A DNA stretch of 63,330 nt, the filler included, from Octopus bimaculoides (lineage: Eukaryota), in assembly GCF_001194135.2 (NCBI RefSeq). It is 5 parts of 5 records of this genome, joined end to end, with 100 filler letters (N's around TTAATTAATTAA, not from the genome) between each part and the next. Parts side by side here need not be neighbours in the genome. Positions count along the whole stretch, not along the records: positions 1 to 12,781 come from NC_068985.1; positions 12,882 to 36,938 come from NC_068989.1; 3 more parts are not named here. One strand, written 5' to 3'. Position 1 is the stretch's first letter, and the number at the start of each line of letters is the position of its first letter. Made by a program: the position numbers and the translations under genes. The notes beneath the pieces are model-generated. The model was not told where the DNA came from. It worked only from the letters and a program-made list of their open reading frames with translations, and searched no databases. Shown piece by piece: positions 12,272 through 24,314 of this stretch.

Positions 12272-12697
12272 ATTAGCTAAACTTATATATACAATTTAAT
12301 TTATGTCTACATTTAATTTTACGTTCATCACGGGAATTAGACAAAGTATTATTACTATCTAATAATATCTCCTTAAATTCATAGGTACACAACATACAAA
12401 AATTACTACGTATACGATAAGATTTCACCTTACAAACATGATTTTTATTATAAGTCTTTTTAGTGTATTTACTTATTAAAGTTTTCTATATGTGATGGTG
12501 GATTTTCATGGATGAATTAAATAATTTTGATTTTTGTCTCTAAATTATATATTTATATATTATATATTGTGAAATTTAATTCAATTTTGATAAATTAAAT
12601 TGAATTTTTCCCTGTAAATTTGGAATTTTTTCCTAATATAATTATACATATACATATACATATACATATATATACACATATATATATATATACTTAT

Positions 12698-12729
<32 letters not shown>

Positions 12730-12781
12730 GCATATACATGTACATAAATACATGTACATATACATATATACATATATATAT

Positions 12782-12881
12782 NNNNNNNNNNNNNNNNNNN
12801 NNNNNNNNNNNNNNNNNNNNNNNNNTTAATTAATTAANNNNNNNNNNNNNNNNNNNNNNNNNNNNNNNNNNNNNNNNNNNN
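12782..12881. other. Artificial contig/scaffold linker (44N-TTAATTAATTAA-44N)
   Basis: The identical 100-nt spacer recurs at 36939-37038, 59751-59850 and 61835-61934. The 12-mer has stops in all six frames. Confidence 0.92.
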
Positions 12882-12943
12882 TTCATATATTTATATTGAT
12901 ATACATATATATACGTGTGTTTGGGTGCGTGTGTGTATATACA

Positions 12944-13034
12944 TCTCTATATATAAAGATGATGCGTAGTCTAGACGGCGTTTTTAGATTTCATTATTCT
13001 CTTTAACCTGGGCAACGCCGGGTATTTCTGCTAG
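12944..13034 (+). mobile_element. 91-bp mini-Helitron
   Basis: Begins A|TCTCTATATATAAAG, has a 3' GC hairpin cctgg-gcaacg-ccggg (13007-13022) and ends CTAG|T. Confidence 0.72.
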
Positions 13035-13714
13035 TATATATATATATATATATATATATATAATGTGTGTGTGTTTGTGTTCGTGCGCGTTCTTGTGTGC
13101 GCGCGCATGGATATGTATGAATACATATATGCATAGATTCGTGCGTACGACTGACTTACAAACAATTTCCGTCAATACATTTTCCTCGTAAAATTTAGTC
13201 AAACTAATTTGGCAACAACAGAAAAAAGATCTTGCTTAAGTTAGTGGATACCGAGTTTAAACTGGACACAGTATATTTCCCTAGAGAACCTTTTAATTCC
13301 CTTCCTTACATGGTTGTATCATATTTTATATTTTGCTTTCGGCATTTGCCACTTAATGGTCACTGATTTTGCTGAACATCTGTGGCAGATATTACAGAGC
13401 ATTGGAGATAAAAATGCGTGCAAAATGCATAACTGCAAATCATGAGGTGCAATTTAGGCGTCGTGGGAAATATATCTGTCGTCTTTAATAATATTAGGCC
13501 ATTAACTGCAAGCTTAACGAATGTGGACAGTTATATTTCCTCGTCTTTGCGCGAAGCTGGATGAATTGTCGATATAATACACCGGCATGCAAGCGTGTGT
13601 ACATAAAAATATTCTTAGGGATGTGTACATAAATATGTGCATGTACACACATAAACACACACACATATATATATATATATATATGCATGTACATATATAT
13701 ATGTCTGTGTGTGT

Positions 13715-13765
<51 letters not shown>

Positions 13766-14756
13766 TTATTACATTAAGGACTGTTGCCATAACTAAAGCC
13801 ACACCCTGGAAAGGGACGCTAAAGTCAAACTACTTTATCAAAATATACACACGCGCTGAAGTCGAGGAAATGAACTAAGAAAAATTCTTTTAAAACGGTT
13901 CAGTTGCATATCGAAGCAATTTCATGGTCAGCGCTGTAACACGCTCTCCACTCGTCAGTGCAAACATAACCAGAAACCATACGAACACACCAAATCCACA
14001 GAGCACATACAAAAGTTCACACTTATACATCCATGAAATAGATTTCTATCCTGTTTATCTCAGCCACGTGTGTATAACCAAAATAATTCAGCACTGAATA
14101 TATTCCGGTTTAATATTTATCACTTGAATATAAGGTTAAAACCTGTATAAGATTTTTTCAAGTAATCAGCGTGTAGAACCAATTAAGTTAAAACATTTAA
14201 TACTAATTATACACTTTGTTTCCTTTTATTATGCAAGTCAATCATTCCTCAATAAAATCAAAACCCCTTGTTTGATTTTCTTGAAATTTTTATGGGATAG
14301 ATAGGATTATGTATCCCATGTCTCGTATACTTTTCGTATTAATCGGTGTATATTTAACGCGGGAATGAAGAAAAGTACATTTCTAGAGTGTTTCTTTTTA
14401 TTATCAAGTTAATAAGATATTACTTTCCCCCATGTGATATGTAATTTTGAAATGTTTCAGATACAGGAAATATAGAAATGGATCGAAGTAAAGATATAAC
14501 ATCAGAGGAGAAGAATAGTGAAACTACTGGGAGAGGGGGAGACAACAATTGTAATTTTTAAAAAGCTAAATAGAGATCACAGGAGAAAAAAAAAACAGGT
14601 ACAAGAAATATTGAGGGAAATACATATATATACAGGTTTTTTCAATTTGCTAGGCCACTGGTTTTAAATTTATATTAATCAAATTGATATTCAATTTTTC
14701 ACCCTTATTAAAATATATATATATGTGTGTGTGTATGTATGTATATAAAATGAACA

Positions 14757-14984
14757 TACAGTGTGAGTTCAAAGAGTAACCGATTTTATTTTTTCCCGCT
14801 AAATCTAATGCTATGTTGGTAGAATCCTTTGGGTAGGAGGCGACACCGCCCTTACTGCGCATGCGTGAACATTGGTAGTGGTAGTCCGCCACAGTTTCTG
14901 GCTGTTACGCCAAGAGTACAGTCGTGTAATACACGCTCATCGGATTTTCTTTTTCACTGAAGATGACCGAACGCATGGAGTAGA
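14757..14984 (+). mobile_element. Mariner 5' end (TIR, 5'UTR, first codons MTERME), copy M2a
   Basis: TA|cagtgtgagttcaaagagtaaccgattt, then ATG ACC GAA CGC ATG GAG at 14963. Confidence 0.65.
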
Positions 14985-15490
14985 AACTATACACCCCTGT
15001 TTCAGCACCGGCGAGGATGGTCTTTAAGAATGCTGAGTTGCTGTTTGAACAGTCCATCATGCCCTGGGCGATTTCCAAAACGAAGCTGCTTCTGCTGGTC
15101 CCTCAGCTCCCTGTGAACGAATTTCGCGGACATTCTTTGCATATAACCTCCGTTAAAATGGAATGCACTGATAATGTACTTGCTCTAACATCTTGAACAT
15201 TTTCCTGGATTTACACGACAGTCTGCCATGACTATTCACCAAACCTTCTTAATCGTCTCCTTGTTTCGGCAGGTGAATGGCTTGCCTGAACGTTCTTCGC
15301 TCTCCACTGAGTTGTTCCCATATTTGAAGTGGCTGTGTCACTCATTGATCTGAGTTTTTTTCCCTGGCATTAACACCAAAGGCCTGCTGAATCTTTTGGA
15401 TGCTTTTATATTGAGAATCACCAGGCTTTTGGAAAAACTTCATGCATTATCTCTGCTTGATATGTTAAATGAAAACGAAAATCCGATAAA
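14985..15490 (-). pseudogene. Mariner transposase N-terminal half in opposite orientation, copy M2b
   Basis: KQR*CMKFFQKPGDSQYKSIQKIQQAFG..VESEERSGKP..SAKFV..FLKTILAGAETGVY. Confidence 0.85.
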
Positions 15491-15920
15491 ACACCATTGC
15501 CTTCCTCACCTGGACAACCGTTAATCCTCCACGCACAAACACACACACACAGAAACAGGCACACTCAGATACACACGCCAACGCAACTTGGTTTGTCCTT
15601 ATTAGTCGAAAGACACCTGTTGTATTTTCTTGCTTGTATTTGTAATTGTGAAACAAGTTCTCCCTTTTTTTGTCTTTGTTGTCGTACGCATTCACTTGCT
15701 TTCTCCCCAAAGATTTAATGCTCTTAGCTTAGATTTTGGGGAACAACCAGATCTGAACAGTCTCAACTGTAACTGCCCGAAAGTGTAACGATAATTTGGT
15801 AAATTGACTGATGAGAGGAGGCTGTGAATGACCTGTCCTTGTTTTTCCTGTCCATCTTCGCATAGTCTATCTGTCCGGATGTTCTATTGTCTTTTGTTGT
15901 GTTCTTGTTCCAATTTGTAA

Positions 15921-15953
<33 letters not shown>

Positions 15954-15970
15954 TGTGTGTATACATACAT

Positions 15971-16069
<99 letters not shown>

Positions 16070-16961
16070 GTTGAAATTTACAGAAAAACAAAAGACGAAG
16101 ACAGGTGTATAAACAATAAGCAGGTGTATTAGTTTAACGGTAGGGATGGTGAGAGGATCTATATACATACATACACACACATACACACACATGCATATGT
16201 ATGCTGATAGATATATAGATAGATATACATATATGCGTATGTACATCTCATTGCTTCTATTTTGTAAAGCAGTACTCCAACGCACAGCGTCAGAAAAGTT
16301 AAGTGAAAAACATTGAGATAAAACATTGAAAAATAAATTCATTAAATATATTTTATTTATGTGATGAGTTAAATTTCGAATAAACGCAGTGAAGAGATGT
16401 GACTGTTGAGAATCAATGTTTGCTGCATAACTTGAGGTAATGACGCCTTCATATTGAAATTGTATTCAACTATTTTAAACACTGTTCACACACGTATCAT
16501 CTTTTGTTAATGCAAACACATCAAGACTCATATATTTACACGTAGAAATCTTGATACATACATACATATACATACATACATATATATATATATATNNNNN
16601 NNNNNNNNNNNNNNNNNNNNNNNNNNNNNNNNNNNNNNNNNNNNNNNNNNNNNNNNNNNNNNNNNNNNNNNNNNNNNNNNNNNNNNNNNNNNNNNNNNNN
16701 NNNNNNNNNNNNNNNNNNNNNNNNNNNNNNNNNNNNNNNNNNNNNNNNNNNNNNNNNNNNNNNNNNNNNNNNNNNNNNNNNNNNNNNNNNNNNNNNNNNN
16801 NNNNNNNNNNNNNNNNNNNNNNNNNNNNNNNNNNNNNNNNNNNNNNNNNNNNNNNNNNNNNNNNNNNNNNNNNNNNNNNNNNNNNNNNNNNNNNNNNNNN
16901 NNNNNNNNNNNNNNNNNNNNNNNNNNATGTATATATATATGTATATATATATGTATATATG

Positions 16962-17012
<51 letters not shown>

Positions 17013-17378
17013 GGTGGTTGTCTACTCCTTAAACAGAGTTTGACCACCTCCTGCACCTACACCTTAGCCCTTTCATGGCGTCTGATGTTTGTGTATATAT
17101 AGATATACGTATGTGTACGATTGTGTTTGTGTGGGTGAGTGCGTGCGTGCGTATTTGCAAGGAAGTATATATATATATATCTATATATATATATATATTT
17201 GTAAGTGTAAATGCACAAACGTATAGAATGAGATGATTACTTTATGTAACTACTCAGAAAATATACTAGTTTCCTTTCCTTTTTAGCGTATACATATGTA
17301 TTTGTGTGCATATGTATGTATATATGTATATCTCTATGCATATATATGTATATATATGCATATGTATACAATTACATA

Positions 17379-17444
<66 letters not shown>

Positions 17445-17734
17445 CATATGCATATGTATGTATATACATATTGTGTGTGTATATCATGTATACAAACAAA
17501 TATAAGCGTAAGTGTATAATTGTGAATGTGAGTGTATATATATAATTGACGACGTGTGTATGTGTATTGATGGAGAATTTCTGTATGGCATCGTTTAAAA
17601 TATTCAGTTTGAAATAATGAAATGCATTGATAAATTTATTCGTAGCTTACTTATTATTCAAGTCGAAATATGATATTTTTACTAAAAACATGTAAATTTA
17701 ACAGCAAGTCTTTTAGCAGCAGTTGGAACAATAA

Positions 17735-17812
17735 CAACAACACGGAGCAACAACAACACGAATGCGGAAACAAAAAGCAGCTATGATAATACGTGGGCGA
17801 CCGTCACTTAGC

Positions 17813-17849
<37 letters not shown>

Positions 17850-17900
17850 AAACAACAACAACAACAACAACAACAAAAACAATAACATCAACAACGAAAC
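17735..17900 (+). repeat. (AAC)n microsatellite
   Basis: Direct reading. Confidence 0.95.
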
Positions 17901-18579
17901 AACAGCAAAGCGATAAGAATCCTTGGGAATATGAAACAAAATCTCTCATCGACTGCATTAAATATTATAAATGTTTAAAATCGTTAAAAATCCGTTTCCA
18001 ACACCAAAAATGAATTATTTAGAATTCTTGGAATTATAAAAGTACCATGCTCCTAAGACAACGAGTAAGAAACTCGGTGGTTTCTTTAATTTGCTAGAAA
18101 AAGCAGAAAAATAGCCAAATCTCTCGCCCATGTCATTTGTGTTTTTAAATTTTTTTTTGTCTTTCTGCAGCCTTGATTCGGTGACAACTTCAAGTCACTT
18201 TACTAGAAAGTGCTACGTGTTTGCAGTAGAATTTTCGAGAGAAAATTTTAACATGGTTTACGGTTGATTTCTCCTACGTATACTGTACGTCAGAGAGCAT
18301 GTTGTCAGCAGTTGCGTACTGTCTGTGCACCCTGATGCAGCCTCTGAGGTTGAGGCATTCGCCTCGCCTTTGTTCATTATATAAAAAATTATACAGAACA
18401 TTTAAAAGCGCCGCTCTTATCTCCACCTGTAGCTATGCTGCTACATTATGTTGCACTGCTATCATGTCGCACATGGTACACCTGTACATGTAATGTCGAT
18501 TTGATGGAGGGAGTGAGCTTATGTAAACACAAGCATTTCATCACTATAAACAAATTATCTGTGTGATTGTTCGACAAGA

Positions 18580-19830
18580 AATTCAATTCTTTATTGGCCC
18601 CTAAGGGCTTTACACAGAGGAACAGTACAGGACTGACAGAGTGGGGTCATACAAATAAGCGAATATAAAATGAAATTACAAAGTGATGGCGTGTAAACAG
18701 TGGTAACAAGTGTGAAGTTTGAATATTTTAAATATAAATGAGAGTAAGAAGGTGGCACTTCGAATGGAGGAGCATGCTGGGTTGGATGTGGAGACCCCAC
18801 AAACCAAAAGCCAAACTGGTCGCTGGGGTAAGACTTAAGAATTCACGTTCAAGTCTCATATGACTGTTACGTCCAAATCCACGCCCTTCCACCGTCACGT
18901 GCAGTATTGGGCCATCTGGTATGTTTATCAGGTTTGGGATTTGTTCTAGGTCCTACTGGTTAGCTTGGATTTACAACTCTATCCCCTGCCCCCACAGTTC
19001 TGTTGTGGTTTATTTTGTGGTTTATTTCCTCAATGTCGAACAGAACAGCTTCCATCACCCATAAGCCGTCAATCTCTGGGGGCACCGCCTTAGTTTTACC
19101 TTTTGACACTCTTCGACCCAGGTAGGTCCACAGGAGCACCGTCTAGTTCATTTTTGGAGTAGTGGAATGTTCTTTTGCTTCGTCTTCTGAAGCAAACCTC
19201 ACCTCCACAGTGCTATATTTTCCCTCTGTGGCCACATATTTGATCCTTGACCAGATTGGTCGCAAACACTTTCCAATAGTTTCTTTTGTAACTTGGTTAA
19301 TATTTTCTTGGTTGAGTGACAGCGTTTTCTATATTATCGTTTGTTGTGTTGTGCGCTGTTGTATGTTGTGAGGGGGTGGTGTAGTGAGTTAGCATTTGTC
19401 ACATTTCTCCGTAATAAATCTTTTTTATGTCCTCAATGTTAAAATTGAGGGATTCTCGTTGCACAGGCGCTGCTGATGCGAAACCGCGACTGCTTAGTTT
19501 AAATTCATCTTTCTTGAGGACCTTAATTTTGTTGTTCGAGGCTTCCTCGAAAGTATCTGTTGTATTTCTTTTGGGGAGTAGATCATTCTCCTCGTCCTGC
19601 TCGTAACAGGGGAGACAAGGAAATAGTTTGTTGTACACTTTAGCTTAGTGGGCGTAAGCATCACCTTAGGTGGAAGCCATAATTGAGAAATTACCTGTGT
19701 AGCAAAAATGCAAATGAACGAAGGTAAAATTCGCCTCTGGTAAGGAACACACGTCCGTTCCACAAGATATTGCTGAACCCTCATACGTCGTCTAACGGCG
19801 GGAGAGAGTCTGTATTATATATACATGTGT
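18580..19830 (-). mobile_element. Tx1/L1-like LINE derivative: decayed ORF1 joined to a 3'UTR
   Basis: Minus frames read VEVRFASEDEAKEHSTT..TYLGRRVSK..AVPPEID..LEQIPNLINIPDG..HVTVEGR..HMRLE. The 3' end carries AATAAA (gccaataaagaa) near 18590. No ORF2 is seen. Confidence 0.55.
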
Positions 19831-19888
19831 ATATACATATATAGATATGTATGCATACACACACGCACATATAAGAATATATATATAG

Positions 19889-20250
19889 TTTTAGGGAAAA
19901 TAACCAATTTTCAAGAACTCATCGATGAAAATCCACTATCACATATAGAAAAATTAATAATTAAAAGCACAATAAATGAGTATAATATAAAGTAAAGTAA
20001 ATATCATAAGATAAATATAATAAAAAGATTACACGTGTTTCATAACCAATTTTCAAATAGAAAAGAAATTTAAATCGATTAAAATCAATTGAAATTATCG
20101 AAGATAAGTTCTATTCAAAAATATAGCTACTCGTCAGATCGTAAGTAGAACAATAATTAGATATATATCAACCAACAATAAGTACCAAATGAATTAATAT
20201 GAAATACTTATTATATAAAGATAGAAAAATTATTTAAAAAATATCATAAT
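19889..20250 (-). mobile_element. Second copy of the AT-rich hammerhead family, cut by a gap
   Basis: Homologous to 10912-11280 (atgaaaatccac..tcacatatagaaaa..gtgtttcataacc..ttctattcaaaaatatagcta). Confidence 0.8.
20027..20140 (-). ncRNA. Type I hammerhead ribozyme motif with intact core and extended stem II
   Basis: GAU-CUGACGA-GUAGC..~79 nt..GUUAU-GAAA-C-ACGU-GUA/AUC. ACACGUGU is palindromic. Confidence 0.65.
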
Positions 20251-21557
20251 NNNNNNNNNNNNNNNNNNNNNNNNNNNNNNNNNNNNNNNNNNNNNNNNNN
20301 NNNNNNNNNNNNNNNNNNNNNNNNNNNNNNNNNNNNNNNNNNNNNNNNNNNNNNNNNNNNNNNNNNNNNNNNNNNNNNNNNNNNNNNNNNNNNNNNNNNN
20401 NNNNNNNNNNNNNNNNNNNNNNNNNNNNNNNNNNNNNNNNNNNNNNNNNNNNNNNNNNNNNNNNNNNNNNNNNNNNNNNNNNNNNNNNNNNNNNNNNNNN
20501 NNNNNNNNNNNNNNNNNNNNNNNNNNNNNNNNNNNNNNNNNNNNNNNNNNNNNNNNNNNNNNNNNNNNNNNNNNNNNNNNNNNNNNNNNNNNNNNNNNNN
20601 NNNNNNNNNNNNNNNNNNNNNNNNNNNNNNNNNNNNNNNNNNNNNNNNNNNNNNNNNNNNNNNNNNNNNNNNNNNNNNNNNNNNNNNNNNNNNNNNNNNN
20701 NNNNNNNNNNNNNNNNNNNNNNNNNNNNNNNNNNNNNNNNNNNNNNNNNNNNNNNNNNNNNNNNNNNNNNNNNNNNNNNNNNNNNNNNNNNNNNNNNNNN
20801 NNNNNNNNNNNNNNNNNNNNNNNNNNNNNNNNNNNNNNNNNNNNNNNNNNNNNNNNNNNNNNNNNNNNNNNNNNNNNNNNNNNNNNNNNNNNNNNNNNNN
20901 NNNNNNNNNNNNNNNNNNNNNNNNNNNNNNNNNNNNNNNNNNNNNNNNNNNNNNNNNNNNNNNNNNNNNNNNNNNNNNNNNNNNNNNNNNNNNNNNNNNN
21001 NNNNNNNNNNNNNNNNNNNNNNNNNNNNNNNNNNNNNNNNNNNNNNNNNNNNNNNNNNNNNNNNNNNNNNNNNNNNNNNNNNNNNNNNNNNNNNNNNNNN
21101 NNNNNNNNNNNNNNNNNNNNNNNNNNNNNNNNNNNNNNNNNNNNNNNNNNNNNNNNNNNNNNNNNNNNNNNNNNNNNNNNNNNNNNNNNTTTTAACATTT
21201 TTTATTATTCTCAAAGACTTTTGATAATCTTTTTCTAAAAAAGTGAAACCGGTTAAGTAAATAAATATTTTTAAAAAATAAGTGCATTTTCAAACCTTCT
21301 TTCATATATATTTCCACTCGTACGGTATTCCACAACTTTACTTTATTATATATATATATATATATATATATTCACATATGTGTGTTTATGCCCTCCATAT
21401 ACAGACACATAAACCTGATATCACACTTACGCACTCTATGTCACACAAGCAGAGCATGCGCACCCCTCAGTGTGTCGTATATGTATAAGGAGTAATTCTT
21501 AGCGGGTCTTATTGAAGTGTGGGAATGTAAAATTGAACTGGGTTATATATTTTAAAT

Positions 21558-21752
21558 TTTATCTTTTAATTGTTTCCGTCATTAGACAGTGGCCATGCTG
21601 GGGCACCGTTTTGAAGAATTTTTACTAGAACGAACTGACTCCAGGACTTATTCTTTTAAACCTTAATCTATGAGACTGTTTTGACGAACCGCTAATTTAC
21701 GGACACGTTAGCACACCAACAACAGTGGTCAAGCGGTTATGTGGGACAAAAA
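21558..21752 (-). mobile_element. SINE family A, diverged 3' half
   Basis: gacagtggccatgctggggcaccg..gaaccgctaa. Confidence 0.8.
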
Positions 21753-22080
21753 GAGTTACAAAGTCTCAGAAACACACAGGCACGCACGCAGGCACACACA
21801 CATATTAATGACTAGCTTGAATTCTTTTAAGAACTTAAAAATAAAACACACACACACACACACGCACGCACACACATTGCGTACACAACCCTTGATACCG
21901 TTAAATTCCTTCTTTCAGTGATATTCGATGTGAAGCCAGAGTCTTTGATAATGGAAAACATAGAAAATACGCAGTTTAAAAATAAATGCGGTACATTTCT
22001 TCCAAAATTCCACAAAATGGTGAATGCTGTCTACATAGCATATATAAGAACGTACAAATACTTATATGTATATATCCTTA

Positions 22081-22139
<59 letters not shown>

Positions 22140-23012
22140 NNNNNNNNNNNNNNNNNNNNNNNNNNNNNNNNNNNNNNNNNNNNNNNNNNNNNNNNNNNNN
22201 NNNNNNNNNNNNNNNNNNNNNNNNNNNNNNNNNNNNNNNNNNNNNNNNNNNNNNNNNNNNNNNNNNNNNNNNNNNNNNNNNNNNNNNNNNNNNNNNNNNN
22301 NNNNNNNNNNNNNNNNNNNNNNNNNNNNNNNNNNNNNNNNNNNNNNNNNNNNNNNNNNNNNNNNNNNNNNNNNNNNNNNNNNNNNNNNNNNNNNNNNNNN
22401 NNNNNNNNNNNNNNNNNNNNNNNNNNNNNNNNNNNNNNNNNNNNNNNNNNNNNNNNNNNNNNNNNNNNNNNNNNNNNNNNNNNNNNNNNNNNNNNNNNNN
22501 NNNNNNNNNNNNNNNNNNNNNNNNNNNNNNNNNNNNNNNNNNNNNNNNNNNNNNNNNNNNNNNNNNNNNNNNNNNNNNNNNNNNNNNNNNNNNNNNNNNN
22601 NNNNNNNNNNNNNNNNNNNNNNNNNNNNNNNNNNNNNNNNNNNNNNNNNNNNNNNNNNNNNNNNNNNNNNNNNNNNNNNNNNNNNNNNNNNNNNNNNNNN
22701 NNNNNNNNNNNNNNNNNNNNNNNNNNNNNNNNNNNNNNNNNNNNNNNNNNNNNNNNNNNNNNNNNNNNNNNNNNNNNNNNNNNNNNNNNNNNNNNNNNNN
22801 NNNNNNNNNNNNNNNNNNNNNNNNNNNNNNNNNNNNNNNNNNNNNNNNNNNNNNNNNNNNNNNNNNNNNNNNNNNNNNNNNNNNNNNNNNNNNNNNNNNN
22901 NNNNNNNNNNNNNNNNNNNNNNNNNNNNNNNNNNNNNNNNNNNNNNNNNNNNNNNNNNNNNNNNNNNNNNNNNNNNNNNNNNNNNNNNNNNNNNNNNNNN
23001 NNNNNNNNNNNN

Positions 23013-23069
<57 letters not shown>

Positions 23070-23300
23070 GTGATCCAACGTATGTGCCGTGCATTCGCTT
23101 ACTGCCTTCATCAAATGGACGGTGCCTGAACAGGTGCACTGTTTGTCACGTGTCAGATAACAGATAATTGTGGAGCAATACAAATGATATGTTTTGTTCA
23201 ATCGCACAACAGCACATCGACCAGTCCAGAAATCGGAATCCCGATCTCGCGATTTATGTTTAACACCCTAACCACCAGATCATACACCCTCACCAATAGC
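23070..23300 (-). mobile_element. tRNA-derived CORE-type SINE (family C)
   Basis: The minus strand has a tggtggttagggtgtt..gattccgatttctggactgg head. It shares tgaacaggtgcactgt with 45549-45695. Confidence 0.65.
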
Positions 23301-24270
23301 CTGTATACGCTTCTCAAATGCTCCATTCACAAAACGGATAAGTATTGGCGACCATATCTCATCTCTGTAGCGTACCATACTCCACCAGCAACAATACTGG
23401 TCGAGAATTGTTCTTCAATTTAAAGGTGCCTCATTCGTCAGAAAACAATTAGATAAATACTTAAGCCAAGCTAACTCCGCTACAATCAGAGCCGTTGACC
23501 GAAATCACAATAACAGCCTATTTTTATCGAAAAAAAAAGCCCCAAAACAAATCCACTCTCATAAACTGACAGAAATTTCAGTAACTACATTGACTAACTT
23601 GGCCGCTACTCCGTAAAACATAAATTATGACTCGTTTCTTCCTATAGCATGTCTACGGGACTTCAGCCTCCAAACTGCGGAATGAAAATGGAAAAAAATA
23701 TCCCACAACATTGAAAATAAGCCCATTTCATGTTCCCATTGTAAACGCCAGGTTTTTAATATCTATCATATAGACATTAGCTTCTAACGAGATACACGTC
23801 TCTCACTAGTTCTTCACTGAGAGCATTTTAGCCCCAAATATTATGAATGTTACGTTTTAATGCAATAGTTCAAATTTTGGTCTTGCTTTTAATCTTCTTA
23901 ATACGTTGCAGTAATTTCTAACTCACTATTTCTGTTATATTTGATAATCCACTGTGTTTGAAGCAAAGAACAACACTCCTCTATATAAATATACATCAAA
24001 TCATTAAATATCTCGTTATGTTACGTAATAACAGCAATAATAAGTGTGCCAGTTTGTAATACGTACAGAGTTAATATGGTAAAGTAATACTTTAAAACTA
24101 GTACCCCGCCATCTCTACCGACCTAAGTCTGAGACAAATAAACGAGTCAATATGCATGTGTGTGTATGTGTGTGTGTGTGTGAGTATGCACAAATAGACG
24201 CACTTTCACATACACACATTTATATAGATAAAACAAATATATGTGATTTTATTGTTTATATATTTGCACA

Positions 24271-24314
<44 letters not shown>

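Larger units (their letters stand above)
10389..12558 (-). mobile_element. AT-rich hammerhead-bearing element with inverted terminal arms (PLE-like, non-autonomous)
   Basis: The left arm (10389-10423 plus 10912-10989) is the inverted repeat of 12439-12558. A hammerhead motif lies at 11028-11146 and a homologous copy at 19889-20250. A MITE and a SINE are nested inside. Confidence 0.7.

Noticed and set aside
12826-12837. Recurrent TTAATTAATTAA as a biological motif or piggyBac-like target
   Set aside because: It is always centred in an exact 100-nt N spacer, so it is an assembly linker.
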